The notes under the pieces were generated by a model that did not search any database, had not been told where the DNA came from, and saw nothing but the letters and a program-made list of their open reading frames with translations. The position numbers and the translations under genes are program-made. Positions 9,576 to 18,095 of a stretch of DNA of 48,098 nt are shown here, one piece after another. The stretch lies in NCBI GenBank assembly GCA_964619625.1, contig CAZUFD010000001.1:138258-186355 (forward strand), read 5' to 3'. How positions within the stretch are numbered: position 1 is the stretch's first letter; each line of letters begins with the position of its first letter. This stretch comes from an uncultured Gammaproteobacteria bacterium (GTDB lineage: Bacteria > Patescibacteriota > Patescibacteriia > Magasanikbacterales > GWA2-37-8).

Positions 9576-10067
9576 ATGCAATTTCATACTGAAGCAATAA
9601 TTCTACGGCCTTCTCTGCAAGATATCTTTTCTTTGCCGCCCCTATTTACCCAGGCGGTTCATACGGATTTTTCTTTTTATAATGAACCGGTAAAACAGCG
9701 TATCATGAAAAAAAATTCCCTGCTGCGATTATTTTTTGCCCGCCTGAGAAAGAGAAGAGTGTTACTCGTTGCAAAAATTAGCGACAAATGCGTGGGCGTG
9801 GTTATCGGAAGCCATACGGCCAGTATCGGCAATATTCATTGGTTGTTTGTGCTGCCCGAGTATCGGGGAAATAAAATCGGTTCGGCGCTACTGGCGCGCG
9901 CCGAAGCGGCTTTGGAAAAATTTGGTTGCCATAAGGTGGCACTCACCACGGAAATCGCCCCGGAATTTTATAAAAAATTAGGATATACGGTTGAAGGATT
10001 TTTAAAAAAACATTGGTGGAAAAAAGACTTCACGATTTTGAGTAAGAGTTTTGAGAAAATTGGGTAA
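9576..10067 (+). CDS. GNAT-family acetyltransferase
   Basis: LFVLPEYRGNKIGSALL acetyl-CoA motif, FYKKLGY. Confidence 0.85.
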   Translation: MQFHTEAIILRPSLQDIFSLPPLFTQAVHTDFSFYNEPVKQRIMKKNSLLRLFFARLRKRRVLLVAKISDKCVGVVIGSHTASIGNIHWLFVLPEYRGNKIGSALLARAEAALEKFGCHKVALTTEIAPEFYKKLGYTVEGFLKKHWWKKDFTILSKSFEKIG

Positions 10068-10163
10068 AAAAACAGAGCCTATTTTAGACCCGGCTCACAA
10101 CGAGGGTCCGCTGGGTGTGCTCTCCTAGACTTTAGCGAAAGTATTAGGAGTGTTGCGGTGGGG

Positions 10164-10442
10164 TTACCGCGGGCAGAAACAGCAAGCGCCTCGTCGGCAG
10201 TTGGTACAGCCGTTGTGCGCCTGCATACGCCGATCGGTGCAATATGCGCATCCGTTGGTGCAGTAGCCGCACCCCCGCCCCTGCTTGTCGCTCACAGGTT
10301 GCTGAGCCAGCTGTTTGGGCCGGCCTTTGGCTGCGAAGTACCGAAGCAGGAATATGGTGCAGACGAAGACGGCCACCCCCACAATCAGAAGCAGCGCCAG
10401 AACCGGGGTTCCGAGGCCGCTAAACGGGTTGTCTGGACTCAT
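10164..10442 (-). CDS. Small single-TM protein with Cys-rich C-terminus
   Basis: TM helix plus CxxC repeats; upstream AGAGGT SD-like site and TTGACA-N17-TATATA promoter on minus strand. Confidence 0.6.
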   Translation of the reverse strand: MSPDNPFSGLGTPVLALLLIVGVAVFVCTIFLLRYFAAKGRPKQLAQQPVSDKQGRGCGYCTNGCAYCTDRRMQAHNGCTNCRRGACCFCPR

Positions 10443-10603
10443 CTTTTCTATACCTCTTTTGCTAGACCCTATTGATTATAGGGGTATTTCTGGTGAAGAA
10501 AACCAGAATAATATATATCATTTTTAGCCATTTTTGTCAACCTTAAAGGTAGGGTAATTGCGGAATTTTGTTAGGTGTGCTACCATACTTTTTGTATAAA
10601 AAT

Positions 10604-10894
10604 ATGCCATTAGATGAAAAAATCTTAAGTAAAATCATGGAGCGGATAATGTTTGAATCCGTAGAGCAGGGAATAGACAGGTCTGATCCAAAAGAGATGC
10701 GGGATTTTATCAATCAAATCGTGGAGAAAGTCCTCGGAAAAGATCATCAGCAACAACAAGAATATGAAGAAACCATCGTTTCGGATATGTATAGGGAAGC
10801 AACGTTAGATCAGACAGGCAGTAAAGGTTATCACGAGAGGATGAAAGGCGCGCGCGCCAACGAATACAGAAATTTAGACGCCACCAGAAAATAA
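10604..10894 (+). CDS. Hypothetical protein
   Basis: ORF with plausible composition; start re-set to MPLDE. Confidence 0.6.
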   Translation: MPLDEKILSKIMERIMFESVEQGIDRSDPKEMRDFINQIVEKVLGKDHQQQQEYEETIVSDMYREATLDQTGSKGYHERMKGARANEYRNLDATRK

Positions 10895-10917
10895 TTTTTA
10901 ATTCATTTAACCCCAGT

Positions 10918-11454
10918 ATGCAAGACCTGCAACAAAAGATAAAAAGTGTGCCAAGAAAATATATCTACATCGGCTTGGCGATTATTTTACTTATAATTAT
11001 TTTCGCTTTTGCTTTTAGAAATAACGGGGCCGATCAAACAGATTCAGATAGCGCGGACTCCCAGGAAAATTTAACATCTGCTGATGGATCAGCAACTTCA
11101 ACTACATCCACGGCTGATACGACGAAAAAATCAACCAGCCCGACTAAAGCCCCCCCTGCTCCGCTTTCCGCCACCCAACGATATTTAGATGCCATCAAGA
11201 TTTATAAAACCTCGGGGTATTATTTTCAATTTGTTGATTGCCATGGTTTGCCAGGCAGCTTAACCCTTAAAAAAGGTAAAAAATTTATGCTTGATAACCG
11301 AGATGCTAAAACGAGAAAAATTGCGATTAAGGGCGGTCAAAGCTTCACTATTACTGCATATAACTTCGCGATTGCTACTGCCCCTTCCAAACCGGGCACT
11401 TATTATATAACCTGTGATGGCGGCGGCGCAGCTTCAATCTTGGTGCAGCAATAA
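10918..11454 (+). CDS. Membrane-anchored protein with S/T-rich linker and possible cupredoxin-like domain
   Basis: N-terminal TM, low-complexity linker, PGSLTLKKG...N.D...GTYYITC pattern. Confidence 0.65.
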   Translation: MQDLQQKIKSVPRKYIYIGLAIILLIIIFAFAFRNNGADQTDSDSADSQENLTSADGSATSTTSTADTTKKSTSPTKAPPAPLSATQRYLDAIKIYKTSGYYFQFVDCHGLPGSLTLKKGKKFMLDNRDAKTRKIAIKGGQSFTITAYNFAIATAPSKPGTYYITCDGGGAASILVQQ

Positions 11455-11473
11455 TTTTCAAAATGTTAAACAT

Positions 11474-11504
11474 AAAAAAACAGCCTTCTCAAGAGGCTGT
11501 TTTT
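11474..11504 (+). terminator. Intrinsic terminator
   Basis: AAAAACAGCCT-loop-AGGCTGTTTTT. Confidence 0.8.
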
Positions 11505-11506
11505 GA

Positions 11507-11535
11507 TTGACAGGACAAGGCTTTCTCGGTAGGCT
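11507..11535 (+). promoter_or_regulatory. sigma70 promoter of putative ncRNA (TTGACA-N17-TAGGCT)
   Basis: Perfect -35, 17-bp spacer, TA..T -10. Confidence 0.65.
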
Positions 11536-11540
11536 TGTTT

Positions 11541-11895
11541 TTAGTCGGAGAAAAGGCCTTCGGGCTGAAAGAAGGTTGGGTAGCAGGGGCAGCAAACCAG
11601 CAGACCTGCTCGGTAACAATCTGTGGTTTGTGGAAACACAAATCGGCCTAGTCAATCGTTGCCTATATCCCAAAAGGTGAGGCACGGTTATCCGGCTAAT
11701 AGCAAGGGAGTCGCTCCCGGTGGTTCTTTTTAATACGCAGAGATAGTTTTGGTGTCGCGGGGCGATGCCAGGATAAAGGCTGTGATATTAAAAGGGTGTA
11801 AAATTTGCGCTCCTCAGTGGTTGGGGAGTACTTCATACCTTGTCCACCGCAAGATCCCACCCTGTAAGAATGCTGGTATTCTTACAGGTTTTTTT
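11541..11895 (+). ncRNA. Unidentified highly structured ncRNA (~350 nt including terminator)
   Basis: Many nested helices with G-U pairs, UUCG and GAAA tetraloops, own promoter and terminator, no credible ORF. Confidence 0.7.
11861..11895 (+). terminator. Intrinsic terminator of the putative ncRNA
   Basis: CCTGTAAGAAT-loop-ATTCTTACAGG followed by T7. Confidence 0.85.
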
Positions 11896-11935
11896 AATTT
11901 GCCAATAACCTTTGTTTTTAGTAGAATAACGACAT

Positions 11936-12238
11936 ATGTCCCTCTCCACTCAAGAAGTAAAAAAAATTGCGCAGCTCGCGCGAATCAAACTAACGCCGGA
12001 AGAAGAAGCCAGACATGCCGAAACTATTTCGGCCGTTTTAGATTACATGAATATCTTAAATGAAGTAGATATAAGCGGGGTGGAACCAACCTTTCAGGTA
12101 ACCGGACTGGAAGATGTAACCCGAATAGATGAACCAAGAGACTGTAAAATAACAAAAGAATTAATGGCACAAATGCCGGAAGTGGAAAATGCCGAGCTGG
12201 TCGTGCCGGGCGTATTTGCCGGAACCGAAGAAGAATAA
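11936..12238 (+). CDS. gatC: Asp/Glu-tRNA amidotransferase subunit C
   Basis: VKKIAQLARI, LNEVDISGVEPT; adjacent to gatA. Confidence 0.92.
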   Translation: MSLSTQEVKKIAQLARIKLTPEEEARHAETISAVLDYMNILNEVDISGVEPTFQVTGLEDVTRIDEPRDCKITKELMAQMPEVENAELVVPGVFAGTEEE

Positions 12239-12240
12239 GT

Positions 12241-13674
12241 ATGTCAACATTAAATGAATTAACAATCAAAGAAGCGCAGGAAGGGTTGCGAAGCAAAAAA
12301 TTTACCGCCGTGGAATTAACGCAGGCGTGTTTGAATAGGATTAAAGAAAGAAATAAGGATATAAATGCGTTTATTACGGTTTGTGAAGAGTCCGCACTAG
12401 AAGAAGCCCGTATTGCCGACGGACTACTCGCTTCAGGCCAAGACGCGCCGCTCACCGGTATTCCGTTTTCCGTAAAAGATGCAATTTGCACAGCCGGTGT
12501 GCGCTCTACGGGTTCGGCCAAAATTTTGGATAATTATATGCCGCCGTTTGACGCAACGGTGATTGGCAAAATTAGAAAACAAGGCGGAGTACTTCTTGGT
12601 AAAAATAATTGCGATGCTTTTGGCCATGGCGCCAGCAATGAAAACAGCATGTATGGGCCGGTGCGCAACCCGCATGATTTATCTAAAGTTGCGGGTGGAT
12701 CATCCGGTGGTTCGGCCGCGGCAGTTGCCGATAACATGTCTATTTTTTCAATTGCCGAAGATACGGGCGGCTCTATTCGTCAGCCTGCCAGTTTTTGTGG
12801 TATGGCCGGTTTTCGTCCAACATATGGCCGCAATTCCCGATATGGCATTATGCCTATGGCTTCATCGCTTGATACGGTGGGTCCGATAACCAAAACTGTC
12901 TATGACAGCGCGCTCGTAATGCAGCAAATCGCCGGCGCTGATTTGCTAGATGCCACTACTATTGTTGATTCAGTACCGGATTATTTAAAAAATTTTGAAC
13001 AAGATTTAAAAGGCATGCGTGTCGGTATTCCCAAAGAATACTTTGAACTGGAGGGATTAAATGATGAAATAAAACAAATCACGCAAAAACAAATTGAGGC
13101 GCTAAAAAATTTAGGTTGCACAATTGAAGAAGTCAGTTTGCCGCATACCAAATATGCGATTGCGGTTTACTATATTTTAGTTCCCAGTGAAGATAGTTCA
13201 AATTTGGGAAGATTGGACGGTATTCGGTACGGCTCCAGACAAAAAGGAAAAGACCTGTATGATTTATATGCCACCTCTCGCGCTGAAGGTTTTCCTGAAG
13301 AAGTGAAACGCCGAATTTTAATTGGCACCTATGCGCTTTCGGCCGGATATTATGATGCCTATTACAAAAAAGCACAGACCGTGCGTACGCTGATTAAAAA
13401 AGATTTTGATGAAGCATTTAAAAAAGTAGACGTGCTCATTACGCCCACGTCGCCATTTGCCGCTTTCGGCGTGGGAGAAAAGAAAGACGATCCGTTGGCC
13501 ATGTATTTGGCTGATGTGATGGTTTCTCCGGCGGCGATTGCGGGTGTGCCGGCACTGTCGGTTCCATCCGGCAAAAATGCCGCCGGTTTGCCGATTGGCG
13601 TGCAGATTATCGGTTCACGAAAAAATGAAGAAGCAATTTTCAGAGTAGGAAATAAAATTGAAATAAGAGGGTAA
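12241..13674 (+). CDS. gatA: Asp/Glu-tRNA amidotransferase subunit A
   Basis: Amidase signature GGSSGGSAAAVA, DTGGSIRQPA, EVKRRILIGTYALSAGYYDAYY. Confidence 0.96.
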   Translation: MSTLNELTIKEAQEGLRSKKFTAVELTQACLNRIKERNKDINAFITVCEESALEEARIADGLLASGQDAPLTGIPFSVKDAICTAGVRSTGSAKILDNYMPPFDATVIGKIRKQGGVLLGKNNCDAFGHGASNENSMYGPVRNPHDLSKVAGGSSGGSAAAVADNMSIFSIAEDTGGSIRQPASFCGMAGFRPTYGRNSRYGIMPMASSLDTVGPITKTVYDSALVMQQIAGADLLDATTIVDSVPDYLKNFEQDLKGMRVGIPKEYFELEGLNDEIKQITQKQIEALKNLGCTIEEVSLPHTKYAIAVYYILVPSEDSSNLGRLDGIRYGSRQKGKDLYDLYATSRAEGFPEEVKRRILIGTYALSAGYYDAYYKKAQTVRTLIKKDFDEAFKKVDVLITPTSPFAAFGVGEKKDDPLAMYLADVMVSPAAIAGVPALSVPSGKNAAGLPIGVQIIGSRKNEEAIFRVGNKIEIRG

Positions 13675-13703
13675 ATTATTTACATATAATTTAAATTCAA
13701 CAT

Positions 13704-15071
13704 ATGCCTAAATCTGATTTGATCAAAGAATCAATGCCGGTTACCGGAGCCTCGGTAAAACCAGATTTAACCGTTGCCGCCCACACTTCCGGTGAAATGA
13801 TAAATTATAGGGACAGCTGGCGCATTTTTAGAGTTGTATCCGAATTTGTGGAAGGATACCAGCTCTTGGGCGAATTAACCAAAGAAGTAACTATTATGGG
13901 TTCGGCGCGATTGCCTGCCAATAGTAAATATTATCACATCGCTGAAGAACTAGGTTATTTGCTGGGAAAGAATGGTTTTACCACCATCACCGGCGGCGGT
14001 CCGGGTATTATGGAAGCGGCCAATAAAGGGGCTTTTGAAGCAGGTGGAGAATCTGTAGGTATAAACATCCAATTGCCCATGGAGCAGCGCATTAATCCGT
14101 ATGTAAAAAAATCAGCGGCATTTTTCTATTTCTTTTCCCGCAAAGTAATGTTAACGGCTCCGGCCAACGCCTTTGTGTTTTTTCCTGGCGGTTTCGGCAC
14201 GCTGGACGAATTTTTTGAAGTTGTAGACTATATTGAAATGGGGCACATGCCAAAAGTGCCGATTATTATGGTGGGCAAAGAATTTTGGGAGCCAATTATA
14301 AATTTTTTGCGCGCCAAATCCGCTCGCGAAGTCCATTCCATAAACGAAACCGATTTAAATCAGTGGCATGTGGTAGATACAGCCAAAGAAGCTTTTGAAT
14401 TTATAAAAGATACTGAAGATCGCCCCAATCCATGGGTAAAAGATCCGAGCAGTCCGTTTTACCAAGGTGATTTGAACTGGAGAATTTTTAGAATCATGGC
14501 GGAAATGGTAGATGGTTTTGAATTTCTTACCAAGATCCAGCGTGATGTGACCGTGCTTGGCACCAGCAGCATTCTGCAAGGCAGCCCGTATTACCAAGCA
14601 GCCTATGAACTGGGTAAAATTTTGGCAGACCAGCAATACACCACCATCACCGGCGGCGGTCCGGGTATTATGGAAGCGGCCAATAAAGGGGCTTTTGAAC
14701 GCGGTGGGCAAAGTTTGGGTATCAATATGCGCACGGAACGGGGAGAACGCATAAACAATTATGTTACCCAGTCTATTGGTTTTTTCTTCCCATATATTCG
14801 CAAACTTATAATTACCGCGCCTTCGGAAGCATTTGTATTTTTCCCTGGCGGTTTCGGCACTTTGCATCAGCTGTTTGAAATTTTAACGCTGCAGGAAACA
14901 AATAAAATAAAACCGATCCCGACGCTTCTCTATGGCCGTGAATTTTGGCAGCCGCTGCTAGATATTGTCCACAACTTACATGATGAATTTAAAACCATTA
15001 CCAGAATTGACGAAGACTTTTTGAAACTGATGGATACGCCCCAGGATATTCTGGAGCATCTAAAAAAATAA
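13704..15071 (+). CDS. Tandem two-domain LOG-family (Rossmann-fold, TIGR00730-like) protein
   Basis: Two copies of TGGGPGIMEAANKGA and PGGFGTL. Confidence 0.88.
   Translation: MPKSDLIKESMPVTGASVKPDLTVAAHTSGEMINYRDSWRIFRVVSEFVEGYQLLGELTKEVTIMGSARLPANSKYYHIAEELGYLLGKNGFTTITGGGPGIMEAANKGAFEAGGESVGINIQLPMEQRINPYVKKSAAFFYFFSRKVMLTAPANAFVFFPGGFGTLDEFFEVVDYIEMGHMPKVPIIMVGKEFWEPIINFLRAKSAREVHSINETDLNQWHVVDTAKEAFEFIKDTEDRPNPWVKDPSSPFYQGDLNWRIFRIMAEMVDGFEFLTKIQRDVTVLGTSSILQGSPYYQAAYELGKILADQQYTTITGGGPGIMEAANKGAFERGGQSLGINMRTERGERINNYVTQSIGFFFPYIRKLIITAPSEAFVFFPGGFGTLHQLFEILTLQETNKIKPIPTLLYGREFWQPLLDIVHNLHDEFKTITRIDEDFLKLMDTPQDILEHLKK
13980..14699 (+). repeat. 60-bp exact direct repeat (13980-14039 and 14640-14699) inside the LOG gene
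   Basis: Nucleotide-identical segments 660 bp apart. Confidence 0.92.
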
Positions 15072-15151
15072 GCATTGCCATGGCAACGCTTGAAATTACG
15101 TCGAGTTTCGGAAAAGAAAATTTATTTTCTTTTCGCTCAACTCTAGTAATT
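15070..15151 (-). repeat. Tandem-GA hairpin element, copy 2
   Basis: Minus strand: AATTAC..GAGTT GA GC [GAAAAGAAAAT..ATTTTCTTTTC] C GA AACTC..GTAATT plus a second small hairpin. Confidence 0.65.
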
Positions 15152-15162
15152 ATAGAAATAAC

Positions 15163-15960
15163 ATGATTCCATATTTTGAATTCCAAACTATTCCGCTTGG
15201 CCCGATTGTCATTCAGGTTTGGGGTCTTTTTGTGGCGCTTGGCATTATCGCGGCCATTACGTTTGCTTATTTTTTGTGCAAAAAATATTTGCTGTCCGGC
15301 GAAGTTGTGCTGGATATGGCTATTTGGGTGCTAATTGGCGGTTTTGTCATGGCGCGCGTATTTCATATTGTTTTTTACAATCCAGCGTATTATATGGATA
15401 GTCCAGCTGAGATAATCAAATTTTGGCACGGCGGCGCGTCATCGCTGGGCGGGTTTGTGGGTGCGGGCGTAAGCGCGTGGCTATTTGCCAAAAAAAGAAG
15501 ATTTACATTGCGGGAGCTGTTGCCATATATTGATATCGCGGCTCTGGGTTTGTGGCTGGGATGGGGTATAGGCCGCATTGGCTGTTTCTTTATTCATGAT
15601 CATCCGGGGACGCTTACCAGTTTTATCTTGGGCGTAAAATATCCGGACGGCACCAGATTTGATCTGGGACTTATGGAATCACTTTTGGGTTTTGCTTTAT
15701 TTATAACTTTTTATCTTTTATTTAAAAAATTAATTAAAATTCATTGGGGAGTAGTAAGTATATTTTCTTTTGGGGTGTATGCGGTAGCCAGGTTTTTTTT
15801 GGATTTCTTGCGAGTGCCGCCGGATTTTCCGGGCGGAGACGCGCGGTATGCATTTTTAACCCCGGCGCAGTGGGGGATGGTGATGGTTTTAATAGGCCTC
15901 ACTCTATTAAATATTTTTCTCTTTAAGAAAAAAATATTGCGACATAATAGTGAAATATGA
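15163..15960 (+). CDS. lgt: Prolipoprotein diacylglyceryl transferase
   Basis: ARVFH, WHGG.SS.GG, IGRIGCF, ARFFLDFLR motifs. Confidence 0.9.
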   Translation: MIPYFEFQTIPLGPIVIQVWGLFVALGIIAAITFAYFLCKKYLLSGEVVLDMAIWVLIGGFVMARVFHIVFYNPAYYMDSPAEIIKFWHGGASSLGGFVGAGVSAWLFAKKRRFTLRELLPYIDIAALGLWLGWGIGRIGCFFIHDHPGTLTSFILGVKYPDGTRFDLGLMESLLGFALFITFYLLFKKLIKIHWGVVSIFSFGVYAVARFFLDFLRVPPDFPGGDARYAFLTPAQWGMVMVLIGLTLLNIFLFKKKILRHNSEI

Positions 15961-16592
15961 ACCTGCCTATGTTGGTCGTTTGGATCATCGCGCTTTCTGT
16001 GTTTTTAATTGTCGGGGGAGCTGCGGCTTCTTATCGTGTCAAAGGCGAGTCTGTTGGCATGGGGCTTGCCACGGTTTCAGCCATTACATTTTGGATGACC
16101 GGTTTGGTGTTAGGATTTTTCATCACGCTGTTTTCTTCTCCTACGCCCGAGACTTGGTGGTGGGCGCTCTCTGTTCGCGTGGCGTGGCAAGTTGGTGGCG
16201 CAGCTTTTTTTGGTCTGGCAATCTTATTCGATAGTTCTTTAATTAGAAAAGAAGATCGCAAAAAAATAGGGGGTTGGATTTTTGTGGCTGTGTGCGTAGC
16301 AATTGGTGTTTTGGTAAGTATTAATTCTCTGCGCGACCTTATCCAGGGTCCGGTAACTATGCACGGCGCTGTAAACCTCGAGGTCTTACGCCAAATGCGG
16401 CCCAAATATGGGCCTAGAATAAGTGGTGAATTAGATATCATTACTTCTGACGGTATTCATTATCAAATGAATATATTTGGCTGGCCTGTCCAAAAAGCAG
16501 AAGAAATTTTGGAACAGTGCGATAATGCAGGTGAAGTAGAAATCGTCATGCTGCAGAGGATGAACAGGCTGCTTGATGCGCGTTGCCAGTAG
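15957..16592 (+). CDS. Hypothetical membrane protein (about 4 TM plus soluble domain)
   Basis: ATGA overlap with lgt, hydrophobic segments. Confidence 0.7.
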   Translation: MNLPMLVVWIIALSVFLIVGGAAASYRVKGESVGMGLATVSAITFWMTGLVLGFFITLFSSPTPETWWWALSVRVAWQVGGAAFFGLAILFDSSLIRKEDRKKIGGWIFVAVCVAIGVLVSINSLRDLIQGPVTMHGAVNLEVLRQMRPKYGPRISGELDIITSDGIHYQMNIFGWPVQKAEEILEQCDNAGEVEIVMLQRMNRLLDARCQ

Positions 16593-16597
16593 TTACA

Positions 16598-16626
16598 TTG
16601 ACTTTATACCCGTTTTTATATAGAAT
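16598..16626 (+). promoter_or_regulatory. tRNA-Ser promoter (TTGACT-N17-TAGAAT)
   Basis: Near-consensus elements ~20 bp upstream of tRNA. Confidence 0.65.
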
Positions 16627-16645
16627 GAAACGGCAATAAACTTCG

Positions 16646-16730
16646 GGAGAGGTCGCATAGTGGCCTAGTGCGCACGCTTGGAAAGCGTGTATACAGAAAT
16701 GTATCGAGGGTTCAAATCCCTCCCTCTCCG
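16646..16730 (+). tRNA. tRNA-Ser(GGA)
   Basis: GGAGAGG/CCTCTCC acceptor, CACGC-TTGGAAA-GCGTG anticodon arm, long variable arm, TTCAAAT T-loop. Confidence 0.95.
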
Positions 16731-16880
16731 CAGAAGCGACCAAACTGCTTTGGTCGCTGGGATTTGAACGTCGGAGCGATGTTTGGCGACGCAGGCGGGC
16801 GAGTCAAACCGCGAGACGGTGGCTAGACAAAATTTTCGGAAGAAAATTTTAGTCGAAGCCAAATCCCTCCCTCTCCGCCA
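16713..16880 (+). mobile_element. ~130-bp structured insert at tRNA-Ser 3' end flanked by 19-bp direct repeats (tandem-GA family, copy 3)
   Basis: CAAATCCCTCCCTCTCCGC at 16713-16731 and 16860-16878; internal inverted copy GGGATTTG; GA.GA-containing stems. Confidence 0.75.
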
Positions 16881-17129
16881 CATATCCAAGTTAGAACTGT
16901 CTTTAATATCTTATTCTGCTTCGGCAGTTTTTTTTAGATTCAGATAACTTCAAACCAAATAGGGTTCGGTAACCAAATAAGGGGTCTGGTGTAGTATATA
17001 ATATAGAGGGGCTGATGATTTGTGATAAAGCAAATTGTCAGATATTTTGCTGTATGATACAGTAAAATATATTTAATTCACTGGGAAAAAATTAAGCACA
17101 TTTAATTTTTTCTTTCACTCAATTTGTAT

Positions 17130-17597
17130 ATGAATCAAAATACACAAAAAGTATTGCTTGCTGTTTTGGTCATAGCGCTCGTTGGTGGTGGAGTCGCGTA
17201 TGCCATTTCTCGCCGTACGCCAGTGGAAGATAATAATGCCGGACTAAATGACAGCGGTACAAATACCGCCGAAGAAAATAATGACCGCCGCATGGCTACG
17301 ACAACCACTTCTACCCCGACAGGCCAAGTAAAGACGGCTACATTTGTCGGTAAATTGGAAAAAATTGATACCGGATGTTTTGCTGATGGTGAATGTTTTG
17401 CAGAGGTAAATGGAAAACATGTTACAGTTTTGATGGGTTGGAGCCAGGGAGCCGTTGGTTCGGTAATTGGCGTAAACGGCTTTGGTGATTTGCAGCAGCA
17501 TATTGGCCGACAGGTTGAGATTTATGCCCAAGACAAGGGTGATGGCACTTATACGCTCTATGGCAGCTCGGGATTTTATATTAAGTTAATTGATTAA
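17130..17597 (+). CDS. Membrane-anchored hypothetical protein
   Basis: N-terminal TM, N/T-rich linker, small domain with CFADGEC. Confidence 0.75.
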   Translation: MNQNTQKVLLAVLVIALVGGGVAYAISRRTPVEDNNAGLNDSGTNTAEENNDRRMATTTTSTPTGQVKTATFVGKLEKIDTGCFADGECFAEVNGKHVTVLMGWSQGAVGSVIGVNGFGDLQQHIGRQVEIYAQDKGDGTYTLYGSSGFYIKLID

Positions 17598-17611
17598 TAT
17601 AAAATCTAATT

Positions 17612-18082
17612 ATGCCCCATATTCATGACAAAATTGATTTCTGTTCGGAAACTTTCATTGTTTTTGATAATAAGGTGCTCTTGCGAAAACATGATAAGTT
17701 TAAAATATGGTTGAGTGTGGGCGGGCATATTGAGCTTGATGAAGATCCCGGTTTGGCCGCAGTAAGAGAGGCGAAAGAAGAGGTTGGTTTAGATATTGTG
17801 TTATACCAAGAAGAAGGAAAACAGCCGGAGTTTCATGATGGTAAAAATATATCACTTATTCCACCTCAATACCTAAATAGGCATCAAGTAACGGAAAATC
17901 ACGATCATATTGTATTTATATATTTTGGCAGGTCTCAAACAGATGCGTTGAAGCTTTCGGAAACTGAGGTGACAGAAGATTGTCGGTGGTTTAGCAAAGA
18001 AGAGATTCTCAACAATGATCTTGGCATATCGGACATGGTTCAATTTTACGCCTTGCAAGCATTAGAAAAATTATCTGTGTAA
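17612..18082 (+). CDS. NUDIX hydrolase
   Basis: GGHIELDEDPGLAAVREAKEEVG Nudix box. Confidence 0.92.
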   Translation: MPHIHDKIDFCSETFIVFDNKVLLRKHDKFKIWLSVGGHIELDEDPGLAAVREAKEEVGLDIVLYQEEGKQPEFHDGKNISLIPPQYLNRHQVTENHDHIVFIYFGRSQTDALKLSETEVTEDCRWFSKEEILNNDLGISDMVQFYALQALEKLSV

Positions 18083-18095
18083 AAAATATAAAAAC

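Noticed and set aside
10158-10475. Plus-strand 105-aa ORF opposite the Cys-rich gene
   Set aside because: Promoter, SD and TM/Cys pattern all support the minus-strand ORF instead.
11541-11860. Identification of the structured RNA as RNase P RNA, tmRNA, T-box or SRP RNA
   Set aside because: It lacks GAGGAAAGUCC/ACAGAA..CGGC, tRNA-like ends, a convincing tag ORF and the T-box UGGNACC. CAGG..AGCAG at 11584-11603 loosely resembles SRP helix 8, but there is no GNRA-capped stem and a better alternative pairing exists.
11458-12063. ORFs 11458-11685(-) and 11749-12063(+)
   Set aside because: Non-ATG starts, no protein-like features, and they overlap the structured RNA or gatC.
16546-16889. Minus-strand ORFs over tRNA-Ser
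   Set aside because: Antisense translations of the tRNA and its duplicated end.
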